From Phallusia mammillata (taxonomy: Eukaryota), in the NCBI GenBank assembly GCA_965637545.1, contig OZ281497.1, forward strand, positions 13,516,001-13,580,000: a stretch of DNA of 64,000 nucleotides. Direction: 5' to 3'. The first letter of the stretch is position 1, and the number at the start of each line of letters is the position of its first letter. Positions 1-13,342 of this stretch are shown here, in pieces. Under the pieces are notes generated by a model that saw only the letters and a program-made list of their open reading frames with translations, did not search any database and had not been told where the DNA came from. The position numbers were made by a program, and so were the translations under genes.

Positions 1-474
1 CTTCCAACTTTTAACTAAAATTGCAATTTAATAATGTGAATAGTATTTGACCGATATTTGACCTATTTGACTGGTCAATTGACCAGATTTTATTTGACCG
101 GTCAAATGCCCAACCCTAGAGTAATGTCTCCATAGGTTTTCCACAGTCTTCTGGAAAACTGACACACCATATAAAGTGCTTGTCAAACATGTAAATTGGT
201 TAACTTGTTTGTTTGTGTAAGCAGTTTGCAGCCTCCATGGGTAGAGACTGGCTGACTTTATAACCCCAGGGGCATTGATATGCTTGAACATTAATCTGTA
301 TTTAAACAATAATGGATTAAGATTGGCAAGTAATTTCACATTTGTAATACGCTACTTAAAGCTCAACCTTTTTAAACATTTTCAGGAATCTTACCCAACT
401 CACATTTAAAATGCTCCTTAGTAAAAGATATTTTTTTTAACTATCTTGCATTTATTTATTTTTGTTGTTGACAG

Positions 475-3400
475 AGTGGCAGACGAAGCAACCCCTGAAA
501 CAAGAATGATGGCATTTTTACGATTTTACCTCAGCACATTCTCAGCTGGACGAGACAGCTCAGTTGCTAAGAAACCATACAATCCAATACTAGGAGAAAC
601 TTTTCAGTGCTTTTATGATCTTTCGTCGGATCCTAATCAATCCAGTGACTCCCAACCGGTAACTAAATCTTTCTCTTTGTTTTTTCCTGCGTTTTGACAA
701 ATATCAATTTACATTGTTTGACTCTATGCAATTATAGGCAAAGGGATTTATTTTGCTTAGTTTGTATTTCTTCTGTGTAATGCTAGATTTTTCCTCCCAA
801 TATACACCATTAATAGTTTTCTTGATCCTCCCAAACTTTGGCTTTGGGTGCCTCAGCAGTTTTATACTTCTGTTGTTGGACATAAAGAATAAACTACATG
901 CTACCAAAATTAGGGCCAAAAGGTCATTAAACAGCCATTCAGCTTGGCTACTACATGGCATGAGGTTGTTGTCAACATATACGTATTGCAAAACCAATGT
1001 TATTTCAAGTTGTCATACCGTTGTCAGACTGTGGCATTTTAACTTGTTTGTAATATTATGTTTTAATGGTGTAAATGGGCTTAGAAAGCAGGTTATTAGG
1101 TAAAACATTTCTTATTATTCAGGTTGAACAAGGTCCTGTTCCATGGGCATCATCAGATCAAGTCGCATTCGTAGCCGAACAGGTTTCACATCATCCCCCA
1201 ATATCAGCATTTTATGCAGAACACAAAGACAAGAAAGTTCAATTTAATGGACACATATGGACCAAATCAAAGTTTCTTGGTCTGTCTATTGGTGTCCACA
1301 ACATTGGCCAAGGTAAAATAAAGTAGGAAAATTGGACAGATAGACCAAATCGGCCGCCCAATTGTCCTACATACACCATTTGGTGTCTTTTTATTGTTTG
1401 TCTTTATTATGTTTTAGTCTTTTTATAATTGACTTATGGGGCGGAAATTGTTGTCTGTTGAAGGCTTGCATCTTTTTGTCCCTTAAAATGCACCCTAAAC
1501 CCCAGTTGAACAGGAAATCCTTGTCAACTAGCAATAATTCTTCGATACAGCAACAGGGCCTTGACCTATGATGTGGCAAAAACATGTAGATTTTTAACCT
1601 TCCATTTCATGCAAATCAAAAAACATTATGATGCAATAATGCAACAACTTTAATAGAATACATTCCCTGTCACTTGTGTGTTTTTTTTAAATCTAAAATG
1701 TAACACATATTTTATTTATTGTGATTTTTGGCCAAAAAAGTATAATAACTGCTCCTTTATCATTGTACAACATAATAACTTGCCAGTCAGCTTCATTTCA
1801 TGTTTTGTTTTTATCTGGTCGAGTTGTCTTTTGCCTTAAAACAGGATTGGTTACTATTTACAGGGTGCTTAAGGTTGTTGGAGCATGACGAGGAATACAT
1901 AGTTAACTTTCCCAACGGTTACGGTCGGTCGATTCTCACTATACCGTGGGTGGAATTGGGTGGAGATTGTACTGTAACATGTGAAAAAACTGGATACAAT
2001 GCATTCGTTAAGTTTCACACCAAACCGTTCTATGGAGGAAAAGTTCATCGGGTCACATCGGAAGTTTTGTAAGTCTCCTTTCATTAAAACTTGTTTGTCA
2101 ATTACGTTTGACATCTGTAGATCCGGCAACTCACAAAGTTTGTTTTGATAACCTATTTAAACGTTTTAAGTTGTACTGCTGACACACAAAAATTTAGCAC
2201 ATAACACAGTTTTTGATCAATGTATGCATATGATTACTTGCACTGATTTTCGTTCCACAAATAATACCTATTTAAAAGACATACTTGGTCTTTCAGTTTA
2301 AATGTTAGCCAACTCATTAAGTTATTAGTTGAATTCAAAACGTTTCTTATTATTTGCCTAACCTCGTTTTTATAGTGCCCCAAATGCGAAAAAGCCGTTT
2401 TGTACAATTGATGGAGAATGGAATGGGCAAATGTGGGCAAACTACTCTACAGGGGTAAGTGTTTAAAGAATGCGATACACATGTACAGAACTATGCGTAT
2501 TGTGTCCACCTCTAACACGTTGTGCTTTGATTAGCGAAGTGAATGCTTCTTTGACGCAAAAAAGAAAATGAAAAGTCGGAAGTACGTTCGATCATTGGAG
2601 AGACAAGGTAAATTTTAGTGTATTGTTTGTTTTTTGTTTGCTGTCATTTACCTTGCTTGCACTTTTGTGTAATAATTTTACCTGCCGATATACACTATTA
2701 AACGACCGTATAGTTTTGATGTTTAATATTTACGTTTGAACTATGTGCACGGCTTGATCTTGCTTTACAGAACCAACTGAGTCGCGACGGTTATGGCGCA
2801 AGGTAACAGTCAGTCTTGAAACCAACAACATTGACGAGGCAACAGACGCGAAGCGGTTTCTCGAAGATCGTCAACGTCAAGATGCGAAAAACCGGTTGGA
2901 AACTGGCACTGTCTACAAACCCAAGGTAATATGATAAAAAAATATAATGAAAGATGTGTGAATTGTTAAAAACAAATCAAGTAATTGTTCGACTAACAAT
3001 TGAGATAAAACTGGTCAGTCGTATGTTTGTCAATTTTTAAACCGAAATGGATTCGACTTTTTTTAGGTAACAACTTAAGCAGGGTGAAATAAATTTTGTC
3101 CAATTCGAGTTTGTATTCGACTTTACAGTTTAGGAAAGGGGGTTAGATTTTTATGGTTTAAATCTATCTTAATTCGCGGTTTACCATAGAAAATATTTTG
3201 TACATTTTAGCTTAATTGTTGAACATCTCAAATTGAATCAAGTTTGTTATTAAGAGCAGCTTAATGTAAAATCGAATTAAATGAGTTAAAAAAAACGTAT
3301 ACAACAGACTGGTATATATAAATTAATTGCCAGTTTAACATCCGGTAAAAAAAACGTATACAGTACAACAGACTGGTATATATAAATTAATTGCCAGTTT

Positions 3401-3720
3401 AACATCCGGTTTTAGTTATTTAAAAACACCAGCAACCACGCATATTACATGGACCGGATTGTCAAAAACAAAGAACCACGTAGCAATCTTATCTTTCGTT
3501 TTGTACACAGCCTTATTTATTACACAATTTTGTGTGTATTTTAGCCAGGTGATACTGGCTATACAATCTATACGACAACAGTGAAAGTTTTGCTTGTTAT
3601 TGAAACATCAATTTAAATTTCGTTTTACAACTGTGTTGATTTTTTTGTTTGTAGTTGTTTCACGAAGACGACTGCCAGAACTGGATTTACAACACATCGT
3701 TGACTGACAGAAACGCATAA
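475..3720 (+). CDS. OSBPL9: Oxysterol-binding protein-related protein 9-like, 3' exons only (5' part outside window)
   Basis: GT-AG exons 475-658, 1123-1312, 1864-2068, 2376-2454, 2535-2607, 2771-2925, 3655-3720 splice in frame. They give [12 protein letters not shown], the ORD signature [51 protein letters not shown] and end [21 protein letters not shown]. Confidence 0.9.
3287..3410. repeat. ~60-bp tandem duplication in an OSBPL9 intron
   Basis: AAAAAAAACGTATAC...AACAGACTGGTATATATAAATTAATTGCCAGTTTAACATCCGGT occurs twice in tandem; the second copy has a small insertion. Confidence 0.9.
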
Positions 3721-5096
3721 TTGTCAGATCAGTCAACATAATTTATTGCATTACTTCCCTGACAAACCAAATCAGGGTCTTGTGTTTCAAGTGTGATTTC
3801 CTTGTCTACATTTTAGGTTTTGCTTAAGTAGGGACGCGTACTAACAAATATCGTTGCATACTGTCAAGGGCAGAGGCTTTCATCAGTGGATGAATCTACT
3901 CCCATTCACAGGTTAAATTCACAGATTCACAGGTTGCTTTCGGGATAATTTTTTGTAATTCAGCTATCAAAAACCTGGGTGTAAAGCTTATCTTCATTTT
4001 CTGCCTACAGGTAATCAGGAAAAAAATAATGATGACCTCTGCCCTAAGAAATGATTCAGGATGTTGCAAAATAGTAATTTCTGTCAAGAAATTAAATGTC
4101 ATAAGGCCGATTCCCTCTAGTCAGGGTTTTATGGGGGTTTTCAGGTGTGGAATGTGAAGGTTGTAATCTTTTTTACACAATGAGCCATCTACATAAAAAC
4201 TAAATCCATGTCTAGGGGGCGTTTTGTCAAGATCGGTTGTTGAAAGTAGCCCAGCCCTGATAAAATCATAATAATGCGGATAGTAGATTATTATTTTTTT
4301 CACTTTCTTTGCAATCTTACTTGACAGCGCACACATAACATGTTTTTATGTTTTAGTACTCAACTTCCTTCGAAGTATGTTCAAAACACGCCATTAGACC
4401 TTTCCTTTTGAACTTTTTAGTCCCAATGATTTACGTCCTTTTATACCTTTAAAGTCCAGTGCTTATACAGTGCAATTGGTGTTGCTATATGCTGTTTACT
4501 ATTGTTGTCGTTTAGATGTTTGTGAAAATATTAATGTGCGCTTGCTGTGTTTCACGCACTCTGCATCAGATTGTTGCGAGTGACATTGTGGTCACTTTTT
4601 AACACAATAAGTTGTTCGCCAATACAACATCGTTACATAGCATCTGGTTGCTTGCTTTTGCTTTTCTCATATAGTCGTCTGACTTCGCACGAAACTATGC
4701 TGAGAATGGCATTGTGAGTTTAAATTGCTTACAAGTATGTAATCTTGGAGAATCCCCTGAAATTTAATTTTATGGATAAATTAGTTTTGTATTTGCAATG
4801 TGAAAGCTTTTTATCCGCACAGGTTGAGAGTTATTGAAAAGTGAAAACACGTGTACAAGAAATTGCCAACGTCTAGGTGTTATTCCTACAAAGCGTTTTA
4901 GATATAACAAGGAGTAAAGATTTTTCTTGACATCAAGGCAATGAATTTTTCTAAAATAGGATTGCTGCATAAAACGAATGCTGTAGTTAACGGTACAAAG
5001 TTCTTGCTGCGGTGGATTTTATTATTGAAAAAAAAAAACAGAAAAGAAAAAAATGAAACATTGAATTAGGTTTGCAGTCCGGGTGAAGTTTGAAAT

Positions 5097-6624
5097 TTAT
5101 TTTCGTACAGGAAGAAGATCCGACAGAAGTTTCGATGGGCAGCATTGGTCGACCCGCACCACAGCACATGGAAAGTCGTAATCCATCAGCCAATTGTAGA
5201 GGTAGGTGTCTTCCATGTCATCCAAGTCTGGAGTGTTGAGCCTTGAATTCTCCTTTTCCTAAAATACATCGGGTAATAGCTCGGCTTCAATATCTTTCAC
5301 GCTTTTGTTTCATACCAGCTCGATCCCTGCATAAACCCTTGCTTGACCTGGCGTCTTGTGTTTAACTCTTTCAAGTACCCGAACCGTACCTTGAAAAGGT
5401 TTTCCTTTTTTGTTGAAAACACAAATCTAGAAAGAGACGTTGGCGTATTTTGCTTTTGTGGCTTCTAAAATACTTTCTGCTATGATTTTACCTTCATCCC
5501 TTTTTTAATTCCTTGTGAGCTTTTCATGGTTGGCGTATCGGGTACAGCGTCGTCATCAGCCTCGTCATCTGAAGAGTCCTCATCGTCATCTGAATCACTC
5601 AGAGATGACGTCATGTCCGATTCAGCTGTGCTTGTGTCGTCAGCAGGTGTAAATTCGTCTAGACTTGAACTTTCCTGTACAAGGCAAAAATCCCAACCAC
5701 TCTGATCTTTGATTATATAATTTAAATTATCATTAGCTTACACTCGTTTCACTGTCGGATTCTGCAGATTCAGTATCATCATCTTCACTGTCCGACTCAA
5801 CTTTTCGCTTTGTCATCCGTTTATTGTCGTTTCTATCCTTTGTCTTTCCAGCTTTCACAGCCTTCTGTACCACTTTTGATAAACCAGCAGTGGCAGGTTT
5901 GCTGGCTTTTTGTTGGGTTTTAACAGGTTTTTCACTTTTAGTAGGCCTACTCTTCGCAGGTGCATCCTGTTATTACAAAATCGGAAAAATCAATTTAAAG
6001 GCAATATTGAATCACAAACTTCACTTGACTCGTGTTTATACCATTCTCAGAAGCATTAATATGCAACTTTCAAAAGGCGAAAAAAATCATTTTAGTCCTA
6101 TCATAGCCTAGCCTATTATTTGACAGCAGCATCTTTGTTTTCTGACTTTTGGCTAAATGCGGGCGCATCTTGCAAGTCATGGACTGTGTAACTGTAAAAG
6201 GTTATTTTATAAATTTTACGTCGTTGTGAAATGTGTTGCCTACCTAATTTACATGAACAACATCGAAAGTTTTACCTACTTTATGGTCCTTCAACATTTG
6301 CATCAATCCAAGAATAACATAGTTGCTGGGAATGTCGTTTACACCTTTCTTTGTTAATGTGGTGGATTTACGACACACAGCACATTTCACTGAACGCTTT
6401 CCCATTGCACCCGCTTTTAAACACCCTGCAAAACGAGATTAAAGCGGATTAAATACAAGACTAGGCCTATGCTATGATTATCTTTATACTTTACCTTTCA
6501 GACAGCGGCAGCAAAATGAATGTTGGCATTTTAACACTTTAGGCTCTACGTATTGCGAGCAGCAGATTGGACAAGTAAGTAGATCTTCTCGAAGTTTACT
6601 TTGCAGGACACTTCCGGATGCCAT
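5097..6624 (-). CDS. 318-aa RING-HC finger protein with Lys-rich/acidic linker and C-terminal degenerate CAP-Gly-like domain
   Basis: Six exons with canonical GT-AG and matching phases: 6624-6495, 6425-6280, 5966-5742, 5674-5492, 5426-5316, 5258-5097 (957 nt). N-terminus LTCPICCSQYVEPKVLKCQHSFCCRCLKGC...VKCAVCRK is a TRIM-like C3HC4 RING. C-terminus GMKICVFNKKGKPFQGTVRVL...VYAGIEL. Not shown in the ORF track because exons are short. Confidence 0.85.
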
Positions 6625-7099
6625 GATAGCCTAATTGCAAACAACAAAACAAACAAACTCAGCCTACTTGTCCTATTTTAAAGATAACAATTCTTATTTT
6701 AACGTCTACATACAAAACTTTGGTTTACGAAAGAACTCTCCTAGTAAACGGACTGCCATGTGCATCAAAGTCATCTGAGGTGACACGCGTGTTTGCTATG
6801 TGCCTTGGGATGTGAGTGAAACTTGATTGAAGCAATGTTGCGTTCGAAAATTGCTTGAGTTTTCGTAAAAGATAAAAATGTTAATCACAGACGTTGTTTA
6901 ATCTGAATGCCGTAAACCCACAGGACTGATTGTTTAATATTGTAGCACGTGACATAAAAAACAAGCTCAACGTACATTTACACGTTCTGCTTCATTGAAT
7001 AAAATGTACACGTGGGAATCGTGTGGCGAAACAACGGAAGAAGAGTTGTGACGTCAGAATTGGATTTCGCCGGCCACCGCAGGTTTGGAGTTGATAGAC

Positions 7100-7366
7100 C
7101 AGGGGTGGGCAACCTACGGCCCGCGAGCAAACAGCCGGACGGAATGTATGTGTTAAATCCGATTTTTGTAACAAAGAGTTATTACGTTAAACTTTATAGT
7201 TATTAGTTTATTACTAAGAACAGGCATTGTTACGTGCGAAGACAAAATCATTGTGTATTTGACTTTGCTTACACTGCTATGTTATTGCATGACCATCGTT
7301 GCGGCCCGCCTCCGCAATATAATACTACTTTTTGGCCCGCGCATACAAAAAGGTTGCCCACCTTTG
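7100..7366. mobile_element. hAT-type MITE
   Basis: Termini CAGGGGTGGGCAACC / GGTTGCCCACCTTTG, internal GGCCCGC repeats, imperfect TSD (TGATAGAC / GTTTAGAC). Confidence 0.7.
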
Positions 7367-7877
7367 GTTTAGACATTTAAGATATACCGGCGTGATTAAC
7401 AAGTAAGAACCAAAGTTGCCCGAGCTAAGGTTACTTTTTTGCAGTCAGTATTTTATGAACACTATGGTTTGGACAAAATGTGCAAATTTTACTCGCATAC
7501 ACTTTACCTCAACGAATTAAAGAATGCGAAATCAAAACCAAACAGATAATGCAAAGCGATAGAGAGGCAAACAGATTCTTTGGTAATCTCTGTGATCTAA
7601 ATCAGGCCTAACAAAGTTTATTTCACTAAGTTTTAAAATGCCTTTGGCAAACCCCTAAAAATGATTTTTTATGAAATGATTCAATCAAAAAAATGGTAAA
7701 TATTTTTTTTAAATTCCAAATACATTAGGATAAACACTTAATTTTTGCAGTTTGTGACTTGTTTAAACTCTAAGCCTTTTTGCACATATTTTTTTTCATT
7801 ATTTTCATGGTATTAATTGATCTATTACTCATTTTGTTAGGAAATAGGATTCTTGAATTTAATCCTGTTTAACAGTC

Positions 7878-10800
7878 ATGATTTGTAAATATCTTTTCCT
7901 CACTTTTATATTGCACATTGATTTATACGATGCATCACAAATGGTCCAGGTTGATCGTCCAAGGGGAGTGTCTCTAACCAGTATGTTGAGATTTACAAAA
8001 ATTATAAAAGCATGGGTTAAACATATTTAACCACAGTACTTTTCTGTTTAGAATTTAAATTATATTCCACGATAAAAAACAAGCTTGTGGTTATGCCTTG
8101 TTTTACTCTTTTGCAGAAAAAGTTTTATACGACCCAGCAAAAGAATTCACATGCTTTGATGGAAGCCAAACTATACAGTTTCAATTTGTAAATGATGATT
8201 ATTGTGACTGCAATGATGGTTCAGATGAGCCTGGAACATCTGCTTGTCCCAATGGTTCGTTTCATTGCACAAATGCAGGTATATACTTTACTTTTATGGG
8301 AAATGTGTTAAAGTAATTTTAATGCTTTAAGACAGGGGTGCCCAACCCGTCGATCGCGATCGACTGGTCGATCTCGGACTAATTTCAAGTCGATCGCGAG
8401 GGCTGCAGAAACTTATTTAAAATAGTTGCTTTGTAACGCGTTGCTGTACATAGATGACTTTATTTTGTGAATTAATCATAAGATATGTTAATAAGTTCAT
8501 AAGTATAGGCGCTTTGTTACAATACAAAAGTAATAGTTGCAGTAGTAATTGTTACTTTGTTCTGGTACTCGCCATGTCTTTGCTAATTTGTATTGGAATG
8601 GTAGATCTCGAGAGTTGAACTACCTCAAAAGTCGATCTCGAGAGTTAAACTACCTCAAAAGTCGATCTCGAGTCAAAAAAGGTTGGGCACCCCTGCTTTA
8701 AGACATGCTGTATAGATGATTTGAGTTGTTAAATTTGGGAATTTACACAAAGAATGTATACATCAGGTTATCGTCCGCAAAACATTCCATCTTCCCGAGT
8801 AAATGATGGAATATGTGATTGTTGTGATGGCACCGATGAATGGAAAACTCCAACAGCCTGTGCCAGTAAGTACATTATTGTTATACCACAAGGTAAAGTT
8901 TTGTGCCACAAAATAAACTCCTCCATCACTTAACAGATACTTGTATGGAGCTAAGACGAGCTGCACTTGAAGAAAACAAAAAGAAAATGGAGGAATCAAG
9001 TAAAGGTTTTGCTTTACGCCAGGAGTATGCTAAAACTGGACAGGCTAAGAAACTTGAGCGCCAGGTATTGCATTTTAAGATTTCAAGAAATTTGTGGAAG
9101 GTTATTATTTTTGTTTGGAGAATTTGAAAACACTTATTGTGCCATGATGGTTTAATGTATTAAGGACCTACTTTTCTAATTTTTTAAAACAATTGTACAA
9201 AATTACCTAGGTTTTCAGGTTGGGTTGTACTTTTTTGTACAGGAAAAGGTCAAGGAATTGCAGCAGGAGTTAGCCCAAATCCAACTTTTGGAAGATACTT
9301 TAAAAACTGAAAAAGAAGCGATTGAAATTCAAGAAACTGCTGCAATTGATGAGCACAAGCGCATTGCGGAAGAAAAACAACAAAAGATTGCACATGAGGA
9401 AAATTTAAGAAAAGGTGCGGAAGCATTTTCTGAGATGGATGTGGATAAAGATGGCAGGTATTGTTTTGTTTTTTTTAATTTTTACTTATTTTGCAAGTAT
9501 ATTTTGTTCACTTACTGTACATGTACAAGAATTTGAATGTTTGACAAAATGTGAGAAGTGTTCTTTTAATTTTTCAGTTTAACCATTCCTGAGCTTCTGT
9601 CTCATCCTGAACTGGACCCTGACACATCAGATGGAATATTTACTGAGGAAGAAGCTTTGGTGGGTGATAAAAAAATACATATTCAAAGTTATTCTGTTTT
9701 TGTTTTGTTTTTGAGAGGTTGTTAAAAAATAGTCCCACTTCTGGTCTAACACATAACAAGATCAAGGACTTGCAGTGAATTTGTTTATTTTCTTTTAATG
9801 ATGATTTCGTATGTTTTCCATATTTTAAACAGACAATCCTACAAGCTGGCAGTGTTGACATGGCAGTTTTTATGGATACTGTTTGGGGTGCAATAAATGA
9901 AACTTTCAGAACCAATATTCCACCACCCATGGAGGAACAGGAAGCACCTGCAGTAAGTACAAGTGTAATTAACTAGCTTGAATTAAACACCAATTTACAA
10001 ATAATTGTTAAATATTTGAATTAAACCAAACAGAATCTAAACAAAACATGCAAATCTAAAATTGTACCAGAAGTAGGGGGTGAAATCAGTGCTGAAGCCC
10101 ATTTAAAAAAGTCTCAAGCCATTAGTAAGTTTACCAGACACACTTAACTTTTCACCTTGTATAAAATAGCAGGTATTTGTTTGCAATGATTGTAGGCTAA
10201 TAAACCATAATTGGTTTGCAATTTGTTGCTTGTACACCCAACATGATTTATAAAACGAATCCTTTTTCGTCAAAGAAGACAATGGACTGTTTTTCTAAAT
10301 ATTGTAATTTTGTGGCAGTTATGAGTTTATTTACAGGAAGATCAGATTCAGGATGGATCAGAGCAGGAGAGGGAAGCAGACAGAGAATTGTTGGAGGAGC
10401 CTGAGGAAGAAGATCAGGATCAGGATGAGGAGGATGAGGATAGTGATGAAGAGTATGATGATGAGCATGAATATGATGAAGATGGAGAGTATCATGAACC
10501 ACCAGTACTAAGAAAGGTGAAGCAGTGAGAATGAAAAGTTTTATTTTATTCTAACAAGTTTACGCTTTTTCTTGTTTTTACTGACACAACTAAACATAAC
10601 AAGTGTTTGTATCTTTAGGCAGTGGGATATAAATCAAAGAGGTCCAATAGGGTCTTATTATGTTTATGGGATGCTTAATCAATTACAGCAAACATGTTGT
10701 AATATTATTATAGACCCATCTAAGTTAATTTCTAGATTGCCTAGTTAAATTATTACATACAAGACATTTAATTCATTGTGGCATTTTCTATTTTTGTTTG

Positions 10801-12190
10801 ATAATAAAGTTTTTTTAACAATCACTTGTTCTCTTTCCACAACAATGGCAAATTAAGTTTGCCAATGTACCTAAACGAGTGGTTCCCAACCGGGGAGGAA
10901 TTCCTGCCTAGGGAGGAATTTTATGAGTTCAGGGGAGGAATTTCATAAAAACTGTAAAAAAATTACATTTGAAATGTTACAGAACATTTTTGAAAATACA
11001 TTAGGAATGTCCGTTATAATTTGGATCCGGTTGTAAAGGATTCTAAAATGGACATACCTAATTATTACGTCTATTTCAAATTACTTCATTTTTTATGTTG
11101 TATTTGTTTTTCGTCTTACGGGGAGGAATGAATAGTTCGAAAATGTGCAAAGGGAGGAATGTAACAAAAAAGGTTGGGAACCACTGACCTAAACAATCCT
11201 ATGTGGTTGCCCCATTGTAGTAACAGACAAATGGGATGATGCATGGCTTTTTATCCTGTTACTCCAAACAAAGTTGAGTGCCTTTCCTGACCATTTTAAA
11301 CATACTTTTAGGAGACTGATACTTCTAATAGTGGAGAGCCATATGATGAAATTACACAGAATTTGGTTAATCAGGCTAATGAAGCACGTTCCAAGTTTCA
11401 GGAAGCACAAACTAAAAAGAAAAACTTGGAAAATGAAGTGGAGTATGAATTGTTTAAAAAGAATGGTAAATGAGGTTTGTGGGAGAATTCTAACTGACAT
11501 TTTATGCAGATCTTTGAACAAAGCTCTGGAGTTGGACTTTGGTCCTGATGAAGGTTACCAGGCTTTGCAGTTTCAATGCTTTGAACTATTGACCATGGAG
11601 TGAGTTTTTGCGAAAGTTTCATTAAAATACGTTAGTTAACCATTGTATTTTTGTGTATCAGATACAAATACAAACTTTGCCCTTATGACAAAGCAACACA
11701 AAGTCCGAAAAATGGTGGATCAGAAACTGTGCTTGGGTAAGGTAGTGTTAGCCTTCTAGTTTTCTACTATGTATTTTTGCATGATATGTTTTGAGATATT
11801 AAAAGGAACAACTACAGTTTTAACGAAGTTAATGATTAAATTTAAGGCGATGGGGTTCTTGGTCTGGACCACCAGAAAACATTTATGCAAAGATGATGTA
11901 TGAAAATGGAATAACATGTTGGAATGGTCCAGCAAGATCAACAGAGGTGTGTTTCTCATTAAATGTTTTAAATTCATTTTTTCACATTTACTGTTGCAGC
12001 TTGTATGTGATGGTAAGGGTGTTTGTGACCTTTAATTTCCACTTACATGCAGGTTGTAATTCGTTGTGGTATGGAACATAAACTGCTCTCGGTGGATGAA
12101 CCATCTAGATGTGCATACAAATATGAGTTTGCCACCCCTTGTGCTTGTACACAGGTTGATCCAAATGCTTTACCAAGAGATGAATTATGA
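7878..12190 (+). CDS. PRKCSH: Glucosidase II beta subunit
   Basis: 13 exons (7878-7980, 8117-8278, 8767-8865, 8937-9064, 9243-9457, 9578-9659, 9833-9952, 10337-10516, 11312-11442, 11510-11599, 11662-11736, 11847-11946, 12053-12190). Signal peptide, RPRGVS, LDLa-like [22 protein letters not shown], acidic tract, MRH domain ([15 protein letters not shown]) and C-terminal ER-retention RDEL*. Confidence 0.95.
8333..8695. mobile_element. hAT-type MITE, 363 bp, in PRKCSH intron 2
   Basis: TIR CAGGGGTGCCCAACC / GGTTGGGCACCCCTG; perfect 8-bp TSD CTTTAAGA; internal ~30-bp tandem duplication near 8604-8671. Confidence 0.92.
10877..11186. mobile_element. hAT-type MITE, 310 bp, in a PRKCSH intron
   Basis: TIR GAGTGGTTCCCAACC / GGTTGGGAACCACTG; TSD ACCTAAAC; internal GGGAGGAAT repeats. 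Confidence 0.88.
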
Positions 12191-13029
12191 TTTACACATG
12201 TTTGTGTCACCAACTTGGTTAAGTCTTGTGTATTTTGAAGGCAATATTTGAAGCACTTAGCTATGAGCTCATACCTGTAGCTAATATTTCACTTGGTGCC
12301 ATTTGAGCAACGATTTCATTAACTTGTGATTTGTGACCCTCATGTTCCCTTGCTTTGTATGTTCGTTTAAGAGAGTTACTGTGAAATTCACAAAAATATA
12401 AAATTCATGCGTTGCAAAGTTCCTTTGAGATTTCTAAAATTACTTCAAAACTGCTAGTCCTCTAAACCTTAGTAGGCTTGTTCCTGAATAATTATGCATA
12501 TCAGTTTCGCAATGTTTTGTTTTGTCCCATGTTAATACAAATTTGTTTCTAAATAAATGCATTGGAGTATGCCAAGTCTTACTGTTAAGTGTCCAAGTAT
12601 ATTTGTTGATATATTTTCCCTCTTAACCAATATGCTTCCTTGCGAATTTTCGTCATTCCAAGATCCCAAGAAAATTAATGCCGATAGAATAAAATTATTC
12701 ATTATCTTTATTTGGATAATTTGACACTTGCTATCGAAACGATTCGATAATCGGAAAAGATACAGTGTGCAAATGTAATGCTTTATGTAAGTGACCATAC
12801 TCGCTACTCCTAAAACCTTAAAAAAGTCAGCAGGCGAAGCAGTGATGGGGACACTCTAGTCACCTTTTTAAAGACTTGATTGGAGTCTCAGCTGTGAAAA
12901 GAATTGACTTTGACTCGTCGCACCATGAGACTTGACCCGGTGTTCCACCAACAAAACTTGCTACCTTCAACCAAACAACAGCAGCAGTTTACTGCGTGAT
13001 TATTTGCGTAATTTTAACTTAACGCTCGC

Positions 13030-13342
13030 GGGCGTCTGACGTTGCAGGTGCAGCTTGGTTTAAGGCATAACTTTTCCATGTTTGTTTCAAAACTTAGTCA
13101 TTATTTCGACGGCTCGCGAAATTGATTGCAGGATTTTAGCTAGTTCCGCAAAATTGCGCATAAACCGTTTGTCAGACAGTTCGATCTGTGCATCAAGTTG
13201 GAAATTAAGGCTTTTCAGGCGCCATTGATATATATCATATAAACCTGTTTCTTTACATCGGTAATTTTGAAACAAAAAACAAGCAGGCAATTAACCGCCG
13301 TTTGCGATGTGGCCGTAACAGCGAAAAAGTTGTGAACCCCTG
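13030..13342. mobile_element. Truncated hAT MITE related to the 24193-24564 element
   Basis: Shares TTGATTGCAGGATTTTAGC.AGTT..GCAAAA.TGCGCATAA with ~24270-24315; one terminus ...GTTGTGAACCCCTG. Left end not defined. Confidence 0.5.

Noticed and set aside
3896-4336. Two minus-strand ORFs in the same frame separated by a single TGA (possible Sec or readthrough)
   Set aside because: No Cys/Sec redox motif, no recognisable family and no consistent upstream exon; compatible with chance or a decayed sequence.
8604-8671. Short regularly spaced repeats as a CRISPR-like array
   Set aside because: Contiguous tandem duplication inside a MITE with no unique spacers, in a eukaryotic context.
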